A stretch of 32,000 nucleotides of DNA from an uncultured Nitrososphaerota archaeon (GTDB taxonomy: Archaea > Thermoproteota > Nitrososphaeria > Nitrososphaerales > Gagatemarchaeaceae), in contig CAWISW010000002.1 of NCBI GenBank assembly GCA_963838925.1, forward strand, positions 16,705-48,704, in the 5' to 3' direction. Made by a program: the position numbers and the translations under genes. A model generated the notes under the pieces. The model was not told the DNA's origin. It worked only from the letters and a program-made list of their open reading frames with translations, and searched no databases. Shown here in pieces: positions 15,330 to 22,153 of the stretch. Each line of letters opens with the position of its first letter. The first letter of the stretch is position 1.

Positions 15330-15484
15330 CCCGTCGAGGAGAGCCTTGAGAAAAGGGACGAGGAAGGCCATCGCCCACCCCTCCCAGTTCCCTACGCCCT
15401 TCGATAGCGGGAGCCGCTGCCTTCCTGAGAGTATTATCGCTTCCCGAAGAGGATTATTGAGCCTCTATATTCCCATGGGGAGGC

Positions 15485-16435
15485 TCAAGCCCCTGCGGGA
15501 GCAACGGCGAGGGCGTCAAGCCCCTCCATCACATCTTCGGGTGGCCTTTCATCGAGCTGCCTCACGTTCTCCTCCACCTGCTCGGGACGGGACGCGCCCA
15601 CGATCATCGAAGTGACGGCCTGGTTCCTGGCTATCCAGTTGAGTGCGAGTTGCGAGAGGGGCATCTTGGCTGTCTCTGCGAGGGCCTTGAACTTCTCCAC
15701 GATCGCATAGTTCTCGGGCTTGTTCATCCTCCCCCAGAATCGGGGATACAGCGCGCCCCTGGTGCCCGCGGGCGCCGGCACTCCCTCAGAGTACTTGCCG
15801 GTCAGAAACCCCCCCGCAAGCGCCGAATACGTGATCGCGCCCAGCCCCTCCGACTGGCAGAACGGAAGCAGTTCCCTTTCGGCCTCCCGGTTGAGAAGGT
15901 TGTAGGGAGGTTGAAGCGCGACCATCTTTTCGAGGCCTAGCCTCTCGCTGACCTCGTTCACGGCCCTCATGTTCTCGACGGTGAAGTTCGAGCACGCGAG
16001 GTACAGGATCTTACCGTCGCGGATGAGCTGGTCGAAGGTCCTCATCGTCTCTTCGAGCGGGGTCTCAGGGTCGAACCTGTGCATGTAGTAGATGTCGATG
16101 TGGTCGGTCTGGAGCATCTTGAGGCTCACGGCGGTCTGCCACAGGATGTGCTTGCGGGAGAGTCCCGTGTCGTTAGGCCCCTCGCCCACGTCGTGCCCAA
16201 GCTTTGTGGCGATGACGAAGCGGTCTCTGTCGCCGCGCACCGCCTTCCCGATGATCTCCTCCGACCGCCTCCCAGTGTAGACGTTCGCTGTGTCGATGCT
16301 GTTGATCCCGAGGTCCATCGCCTTCCTGATGACGCGGATCGACGTCTCCTCGTCGGCATCCCTGCCGAAGTTGTTGGTCCCGAGCGACATCCGGGAGACC
16401 TTGAGCCCGGTCCTCCCCACGGCCCTGTATTCCAA
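15485..16435 (-). CDS. aldo/keto reductase
   Basis: EYRAVGRTGLKVSRMSLGTNNFG, DTANVYTGRRSEEIIGKA, MHRFD and IVGASRPEQVEEN are classic AKR motifs. TTG 16435 gives the usual M-EYR N-terminus and lies 30 nt from a TATA-like box (reverse of 16465-16475). The ORF is open up to GTG 16525. Confidence 0.85.
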   Translation of the reverse strand: MEYRAVGRTGLKVSRMSLGTNNFGRDADEETSIRVIRKAMDLGINSIDTANVYTGRRSEEIIGKAVRGDRDRFVIATKLGHDVGEGPNDTGLSRKHILWQTAVSLKMLQTDHIDIYYMHRFDPETPLEETMRTFDQLIRDGKILYLACSNFTVENMRAVNEVSERLGLEKMVALQPPYNLLNREAERELLPFCQSEGLGAITYSALAGGFLTGKYSEGVPAPAGTRGALYPRFWGRMNKPENYAIVEKFKALAETAKMPLSQLALNWIARNQAVTSMIVGASRPEQVEENVRQLDERPPEDVMEGLDALAVAPAGA

Positions 16436-16539
16436 TTTGTCGCGGCCCGGGTATGGGCGCGCTAGAAATTCTTTTCCGGGAGGATCCACGCCGCCCATTA
16501 GAGTGGCTAAAATACCGGCAGCCACGCGGGTGGGAAACG

Positions 16540-17451
16540 TTGCAGTTCGGAACCAGGAGGGTCCAGGTAGTCGCCGCCGTGGTACTGGTGGTGCTGCTGG
16601 GGGGCACCTTCGCCTACTACACCAGCGTCACAGGTTCCGGTAGCAAGACTTCCAGCGTGACAACGACCCAGTCGACCGAGATAACCCTTCCCGGCTCTGG
16701 AGGGACGGCCACCAAGTCCACGACTTCGAGCTATACCTCCACGACCCTGTCAGTCGTGTCATCGACGACCCTGCCCTGCACCTCTGCTGCCAGCGGCTCG
16801 ACCTCTGCCGGGCCGACCAGCCTGCCGAATTACATCCCCCTGTTCTCCACCGTCTCCCAGATGACGATGCAGGTGCAGCAGATCGTGCGCGACCAGTACG
16901 GGAGGATCAACACCACCGCAGCGACTGTTGGCTACAATGTGGCAGGCACGACCGTGATCAACACCACGAAGCTCTACGTGGTCAACCTCCAGGTTTCGAC
17001 GTCGGGTGCGAACGGGACCACCAACTCGCAGCAGGCGACGGCGTACTTCGACCAGGACGGGGACCTCTACATGGCCTCGCAGCCCAACCTGAACACCACG
17101 GGCTCGACCGCCGTCCAGCTGGTCTCACCCTACCTCGACCCGTTCGACTACGAGCTGACCACCACCCAACAGCTCGCGACCTACACCAACCCGAGCCTAT
17201 ATTCCACCCTCAACCACACGCAGGTGACCTTGGGCACCACGGTCATGAACGTCACGTACGCCCAGCCGACGGGCGTCCCGTCTAGCGTGACCGTCTGCGG
17301 GCAGACCACCTTGGTGGAGAGCGTCCTCTTCGCCTTCGGCGTGCTTCCCGGGACAAACACCTCGATAATCACCTACTACTACTCGCTAGGGACCGACGGC
17401 GTCAACAACGTCGCCTTCGGGTACAAGATCATCAGCGCCACGGCTGGTTGA
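16540..17451 (+). CDS. membrane-anchored, sequon-rich Ser/Thr-rich extracellular protein
   Basis: TTG 16540 lies about 29 nt after ctaaaatac (16507-16515) and gives MQFGTRRVQVVAAVVLVVLLGG as the anchor. An S/T linker follows, then a domain with many NxT/S sequons (NTT, NGT, NVT, NHT, NTS). The track start is 16453. Confidence 0.65.
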   Translation: MQFGTRRVQVVAAVVLVVLLGGTFAYYTSVTGSGSKTSSVTTTQSTEITLPGSGGTATKSTTSSYTSTTLSVVSSTTLPCTSAASGSTSAGPTSLPNYIPLFSTVSQMTMQVQQIVRDQYGRINTTAATVGYNVAGTTVINTTKLYVVNLQVSTSGANGTTNSQQATAYFDQDGDLYMASQPNLNTTGSTAVQLVSPYLDPFDYELTTTQQLATYTNPSLYSTLNHTQVTLGTTVMNVTYAQPTGVPSSVTVCGQTTLVESVLFAFGVLPGTNTSIITYYYSLGTDGVNNVAFGYKIISATAG

Positions 17452-17546
17452 CTCAGCTCGCGCCCGTGTTCGGAACTGACCGTCGAAGCGTGACGGCGGC
17501 AAGGAATCGTAATAGACTAAAGCCGGCCGGCCCACCGCCTCGCGGG

Positions 17547-18053
17547 ATGAAGAAGAGCAGGCCTCCTAGGGAGGCGACTCCTCGGTACAAGGTCAGGGAG
17601 CTCGAGGCGGCTGACCTGGAGAACGGGTTCCTGGAGGCTCTGGAGAACCTCAGCGACGTCGGCGGACTCCTCCCAGGGGAGGCTCGGGTGATCCTCTCCT
17701 CTATAGAGCGCGCACAGTACTATCACATCCTCGTGGCCGTGGCCGACGGAGGCCGGATACTCGGGGCGACCACCCTCTTCGTAGAGCAGAAGTTCATCCA
17801 CCGGGGCGGTCTGGTCGGGCACATCGAAGACGTGGCCGTCAGGAGAGGCTTCGAAGGCATGGGGGTCGGCGGCTCCCTCGTGAACGCGGCCGTGAGGCTG
17901 GCTAAGGAGCTTGGGTGCTACAAGTGCATCCTGGACTGCAAGGCTGACCTGGTGGGGTTCTACCAAGGCTTGGGATTCCACAAGCACGACGTCGGGATGC
18001 GGATCGACCTGAGGCCAGTCCATCCTCGACGGAAGCCCAGCGCGGCCGGCTAG
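17547..18053 (+). CDS. GNAT acetyltransferase, glucosamine-6-phosphate N-acetyltransferase (GNA1)-like
   Basis: EQKFIHRGGLVGHIEDVAV...GVGGSLV...GCYKCILDCKADLVGFYQGLGF closely parallels the yeast GNA1 core as I recall it (ERKIIHELGLCGHIEDIAV...GCYKIILDC...FYEKCGF). I use ATG 17547. The ORF is open from TTG 17448, which overlaps the upstream stop. Confidence 0.75.
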   Translation: MKKSRPPREATPRYKVRELEAADLENGFLEALENLSDVGGLLPGEARVILSSIERAQYYHILVAVADGGRILGATTLFVEQKFIHRGGLVGHIEDVAVRRGFEGMGVGGSLVNAAVRLAKELGCYKCILDCKADLVGFYQGLGFHKHDVGMRIDLRPVHPRRKPSAAG

Positions 18054-18565
18054 AGCGAGTAGTTGCAGTTGGGGCACTGGTACCTTACGACCTCGCCCTT
18101 GTTCTCCACCCTCTCCATGAAGCCCGACCTGCAGTTCGGGCAGAGGACCTCCATCGGCTCGGCGGGCGCATCGTGCAGAAACGCGTTGAGCAGCGGCTTC
18201 CCGCCCAGGAGGGACCTTCCATCGAGGTCTGCCAGCGTGACCCAGCCGAGGAACTTGTCGCTCTCGAAGACCCCGAGCCTCGTGACGCCCGTCTCCACCA
18301 ACCTTCTCTTAGCCTCCTTCGTGGAGGTATCCGGATGTATCTTGAAGAGGGGCGACATCACCTCCTTCACTGTGACCTCGCTAGGGCTCTTGTTGAGAGG
18401 GATGAACTTGCGGAGTATCCTCCTGTCGGTGAGCATCCCTACCGCTTTGTCCCCGTTGTAGACAACAACTCCTGAGGAACCGGAGTCATTCATGATTTTC
18501 GAGGCATCTAGAACGCTGGTCGACGCGCTCACCCGCTCGACGCCAGTCTGCATCACGTCCCTCAC
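18050..18565 (-). CDS. CBS-domain pair protein with C-terminal zinc ribbon
   Basis: VRDVMQTGVERVS and VKEVMSPLFKIHPD are CBS repeat starts. The C-terminus is CPNC-x17-CPNC. Its stop overlaps the GNAT stop within CTAG (18050-18053). Confidence 0.75.
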   Translation of the reverse strand: MRDVMQTGVERVSASTSVLDASKIMNDSGSSGVVVYNGDKAVGMLTDRRILRKFIPLNKSPSEVTVKEVMSPLFKIHPDTSTKEAKRRLVETGVTRLGVFESDKFLGWVTLADLDGRSLLGGKPLLNAFLHDAPAEPMEVLCPNCRSGFMERVENKGEVVRYQCPNCNYSL

Positions 18566-18674
18566 TTTCGCCAGCTCTCTCGCCTTCGTCCGGTCTTGAA
18601 GCCCCGGGAATAATCAACCTTTCCCAACGAACGACGCGGTATTAGCGCGGACATGATAACTCGCTGTCGGTGGT

Positions 18675-19532
18675 TTGCGCGAAACTCCTAAAGCCGGGCG
18701 GGGGACCCAAGCCCACGTGGGCGGCATCCAGACCGACGGATACAGGGTCAAAGAGGGGGAGAAGGTCCGCTTGGACAAGTGGTCGCCCGACGACTCGTCG
18801 AGCTTCTCCGGCGGGGAGGCTGAAGCCCTGGAGGAGTCCAAGAAGCTCACCCTCAAGCTCGAGGGTCTACAGGAGCTCCTCTACGCGGTGCACAAGCACA
18901 AGGTGCTCATAGTCCTCCAGGCGATGGACACGGGGGGAAAGGACGGGACGATCAGGAAGGTCTTCGAAGGGGTCAACCCGCAGGGAGTCCGGGTGGCGCA
19001 CTTCCGGGTGCCCACCCCCGAGGAGGCAGACCACGACTTCCTGTGGAGGGTGCACAGTCAGACCCCCGCGAGCGGCCAGATGGTCATCTTCAACAGGAGC
19101 CACTACGAGGGAGTCCTCGTGGAGAGGGTCCACGGCCTGGTGCCGGAGGAGACTTGGTCGCGCCGCTACAAGGAGATCGTGCACTTCGAGAAGCTGCTGC
19201 ACGAGGACCATGGCGTCATAATGAAGTTCTACCTGCACATAGACGAGGCCGAACAGAAGAGGCGCATACAGGAGCGCCTGAACGACCCCGCGAAGCAATG
19301 GAAGTTCAGCCTCTCGGACGTCCAGGAGAGGAAGTTCTGGCCCGAGTACCTGGCGGCCTACGAGGACGCCATGCAGAACACCAGCACGGACTACTCGCCC
19401 TGGTACGTCATCCCCTCGAACAAGAAGTGGTTCCGAGACCTTCTCGTCTCCACCATCATAGTGGAGAAGCTAGAGAAGCTCGGGATGGAGTACCCCAAGC
19501 TAGCTGTAGACCCGAAGTCGATCAAGCTGTAG
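18675..19532 (+). CDS. ppk2: polyphosphate kinase 2 (PPK2) family protein
   Basis: VLIVLQAMDTGGKDGTI (Walker A-like), DFLWRVH and IFNRSHYE. The start is ambiguous: TTG 18675 or GTG 18717, and each lies about 27-30 nt from a TATA-like box. Confidence 0.8.
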   Translation: MRETPKAGRGTQAHVGGIQTDGYRVKEGEKVRLDKWSPDDSSSFSGGEAEALEESKKLTLKLEGLQELLYAVHKHKVLIVLQAMDTGGKDGTIRKVFEGVNPQGVRVAHFRVPTPEEADHDFLWRVHSQTPASGQMVIFNRSHYEGVLVERVHGLVPEETWSRRYKEIVHFEKLLHEDHGVIMKFYLHIDEAEQKRRIQERLNDPAKQWKFSLSDVQERKFWPEYLAAYEDAMQNTSTDYSPWYVIPSNKKWFRDLLVSTIIVEKLEKLGMEYPKLAVDPKSIKL

Positions 19533-19557
19533 CGCTTGTCGCCGCCGTCCGGCGCGG

Positions 19558-20475
19558 CTACCTGGTCACTAGCACGGAGCACGGGGCGTAGTGCAGGACG
19601 CTGTTGGCCACGCTCCCCAGGAGCAGCTTTTTGAAACCGCCGTTCCCCCTGGTACCCACCGCGATCAGGTCGACGTCTCCCTTCTCCGCAAGCTGGACTA
19701 TGCCTTGCGCGGGTGACGTGAGCTCGGTCACGAGCTCGCCCTTCGGGTTCGCGACGCCCGCTTCCTTCGCGAACTTCACCGCCTTCTGAATCACCACCTT
19801 GGCGACCTTCTCGGCGTCCTCCTCGATCTTGTCGGTGGGTATGGACGTGCCCGGGAGGCCCATCGACCAGAACAGGCCGGGGACGTAAACCACGTGCGCT
19901 ATCACCAGCTCAGCGCCGAGCCTGTTTGCCAAGTCGGCCGCGGCCTCGAGCGCCCTCTGGGCGTTCGGCGAGCCATCGATCGCGACCAGGATGCGCCTGA
20001 TGGGCGCGCCGCTCTTCTTTCCCTTCCCCGCCCTGACCACCAGCGTGGCGCACGGTGAGTGCTCGGCGACCGCGCTTGAGACGCTCCCCAGGGCCGCCCT
20101 CCTGAAGCCACCCAGGCCCCTCGTCCCCATGACTATGACGTCGGACTTCTCCTGGGCGGCGTATTCAAGAATCGTCTCCACAGGGGATGCCCTCCCTTGG
20201 GGCACCTCCTTCTCGGTGACACCGACGCCGACGCTCTTGAAGACGGCCGCGGCCTTGTCGACGTTGTCGTCAGCCTTGTTGATCAGATGAGAATAGTACT
20301 CGCCCTCGAGGGGGGCGGCTAACGCGCTTATCGAAGGGATGGCGCTGAGGATTGTGACCTCGGAATCGAAGCTCTTCGCGATCTGCGCGGCCGTCTCCGA
20401 GGCCTCCATGGAGCTGGGAGAGCCATCGGTCGCCAGGAGCATTCTTGCGAACCGTTTCCCTTGGTTCTTGGACAT
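19558..20475 (-). CDS. tandem universal stress protein (two UspA domains)
   Basis: There are two copies of the pattern ...LLATDGS/LVAIDGS...GTRG(L/N)GGF(R/K)..LGSV...H..C.VLVV. Confidence 0.85.
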   Translation of the reverse strand: MSKNQGKRFARMLLATDGSPSSMEASETAAQIAKSFDSEVTILSAIPSISALAAPLEGEYYSHLINKADDNVDKAAAVFKSVGVGVTEKEVPQGRASPVETILEYAAQEKSDVIVMGTRGLGGFRRAALGSVSSAVAEHSPCATLVVRAGKGKKSGAPIRRILVAIDGSPNAQRALEAAADLANRLGAELVIAHVVYVPGLFWSMGLPGTSIPTDKIEEDAEKVAKVVIQKAVKFAKEAGVANPKGELVTELTSPAQGIVQLAEKGDVDLIAVGTRGNGGFKKLLLGSVANSVLHYAPCSVLVTR

Positions 20476-20553
20476 CGAAAGCCACGGAATCGGGGGGCTA
20501 TTTTAGCGTAGGGCAGCGCGTGCCGCAGCCGAGCAAGTCGTCGAGGAGCGCAG

Positions 20554-20570
20554 GTTGACCTCTGGTCAAC
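20554..20570. promoter_or_regulatory. perfect palindrome GTTGACC-tct-GGTCAAC in the USP / hypothetical-gene divergent spacer
   Basis: Read directly from the sequence. Confidence 0.45.
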
Positions 20571-20629
20571 TCCTTTGGCCAGCGGAGCTGAAATGCGTGG
20601 CTGCCCTATGTCGAGGGTGGGTAGTCCGC

Positions 20630-21043
20630 ATGGCAGAGTCAGTCCTCCATAGAAGCATGAAGGAGAGCGTCTCGAGAGAGCTGGCCGGCGAGGGCTACTC
20701 CGTGTTCTTCGAGCCTCCCTACGCGCCGTCACGGTTCCTAAGCTGGGAGTCCTATCGCCCGGACCTCTTCGGCATAAGGACGGGCGCAGGATGGCAGGAG
20801 TACGTCCTTGTAGAGTGCGAGACGAGGCCCTCAGGAAGGAAGATGGCCTCGAAGAACTTCAGGAGCGTAGACGTCCAGACGAGGCTCAACTCCGAGCTGT
20901 CGCTTAGGAGGATTCTCGTCGTTCCCCGGGGGACGCTGTCCTGCGTGGACTCTTCGATGAGGCTGTCATGGGAGGCCTGGATCTACGAGGGCGGAACCTT
21001 CCAGAGGTTCCCGATGGCGTGCGAAGCCGGCTCGACGAGCTGA
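20630..21043 (+). CDS. hypothetical protein, possible PD-(D/E)xK-like fold
   Basis: 137 aa from ATG 20630. The pattern E..SRELAGEGY...RPDLFGI...YVLVECETRP resembles Hjc/restriction-endonuclease-like cores, but the canonical Lys is not evident. Confidence 0.45.
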   Translation: MAESVLHRSMKESVSRELAGEGYSVFFEPPYAPSRFLSWESYRPDLFGIRTGAGWQEYVLVECETRPSGRKMASKNFRSVDVQTRLNSELSLRRILVVPRGTLSCVDSSMRLSWEAWIYEGGTFQRFPMACEAGSTS

Positions 21044-21112
21044 AGCGACACCGCGGGCGAACCCGGCAAGGATGCGAATCACTTTTTACGCCGCCCGCCC
21101 GCTCCGTCCACG

Positions 21113-21511
21113 TTGCCTCAGGCCGAGAACCTAGAGTCGGTCCATGCCTTCTTCGACAGGATCCTGAACGAGGGGGACATGGCGAGCCTTGAGAGCTTCT
21201 CCCACCGCGACGTTGCCGTGCCGCAGGCCGCGCCCGGAATCGAGAGCCTCAGGAGGCTCCTGGTCGAGACTAGGGGGACGTTCGCGAACCCCGAGTACAA
21301 GGTGATGGACACGATATGCGAAGGCGAGAAGGTCGTCGTCCGATTCTCCGCGAAGGCCACGCACGCCGGGAAGTACATGGGCCTTCCCGCAACAGGCAAG
21401 AAGCTCAAGCTCTGGGGAGTGATGATACTCAGGTTCGAGGCAGGCGCCATCGCGGAGTTCTGGACCCTCGTCGACGCCCAGGCCATTCTGAAACAGCTCA
21501 GAGACTCCTAG
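21113..21511 (+). CDS. SnoaL-like / predicted ester cyclase (NTF2-fold)
   Basis: FFDRILNEGDMASLESF...PEYKVMDTICEGEKVVVRFSAKATHAGKYMGLPATGKKLKLWGVMILRFEAGAIAEFW is typical of the ester-cyclase family. TTG start. Confidence 0.75.
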   Translation: MPQAENLESVHAFFDRILNEGDMASLESFSHRDVAVPQAAPGIESLRRLLVETRGTFANPEYKVMDTICEGEKVVVRFSAKATHAGKYMGLPATGKKLKLWGVMILRFEAGAIAEFWTLVDAQAILKQLRDS

Positions 21512-21562
21512 ACCGATGGAATCTGCCAGCTAAATACGACATGGAATCTTACGAGGGAGTAG

Positions 21563-22066
21563 ATGGAGATTCTCGAGGGCGAGGCGCTCTACCGAGCCCT
21601 ACTTCAGCGATATTCGCAGGACCCCAGGGGCTGGAGCTTCACGGTCTCCCAGTCGCCAAAGAGCGGCTTCTTCGACGCGCTTGTCGCGGGGCCGGATGAG
21701 GTCTGGCAGCTAAAGCTCGACACGGTATACAAGCCATCTCCGCTCGTGCTCGGCTCGAGGACCGAGCAAGGCCAGCCCAGCGCGACGCCACCTCCCATCT
21801 CCTTCGGGTTCAGGAGATTCGACCCTCGAGAGGCCCCCGGGCTGCTCGACGGATCCTCGCAGAGCATCAGCGACCTCCTCACATTCCTGCAATCGGTGAA
21901 CCCCGTGGCGCCGACCGGGCGGGGCAGCTACATCCAAGGGCCTTTCCTGTTCGCGAACCCTGGCCACGTTAGCCGCTCCCTGAACGGCGAGCAGCAGACG
22001 GTCGACCTTAGGCTTTCCGAAGAGATGCTGAAGCTGGTCCGCAGCAGGTACCCGAGCTACCTCTAG
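21563..22066 (+). CDS. hypothetical protein
   Basis: 167-aa ORF with codon usage like its neighbours. ATG lies about 30 nt after gctaaatacg. No motif recognised. Confidence 0.5.
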   Translation: MEILEGEALYRALLQRYSQDPRGWSFTVSQSPKSGFFDALVAGPDEVWQLKLDTVYKPSPLVLGSRTEQGQPSATPPPISFGFRRFDPREAPGLLDGSSQSISDLLTFLQSVNPVAPTGRGSYIQGPFLFANPGHVSRSLNGEQQTVDLRLSEEMLKLVRSRYPSYL

Positions 22067-22153
22067 CCTCCCTGCGTTGAAAACGCCGAGGTTTCAGAAC
22101 CCGCGGTCGCACCGCGGAAACGTAATATCCATCCGGGGCGACCGTGGTCGCAG

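Noticed and set aside
15093-15371. 92-aa minus-strand ORF in the 375-nt spacer
   Set aside because: Its only notable feature, the repeated D(A/D)CT(I/T)IDY(Y/K), is simply the translated 28-nt DNA repeat. The composition is poor and it overlaps the likely promoter of the downstream gene.
15340-15385. Resemblance of the minus-strand GGGCGAUGGCC... to the fluoride (crcB) riboswitch 5' core GGCGAUGG
   Set aside because: A P1-like stem and a possible pseudoknot can be drawn. However, the conserved P3 hairpin and the 3' CUGAUG...CCUAC segment are absent. The paralogous copy in unit 1 has a loop too short for the fold. No crcB-type gene lies downstream.
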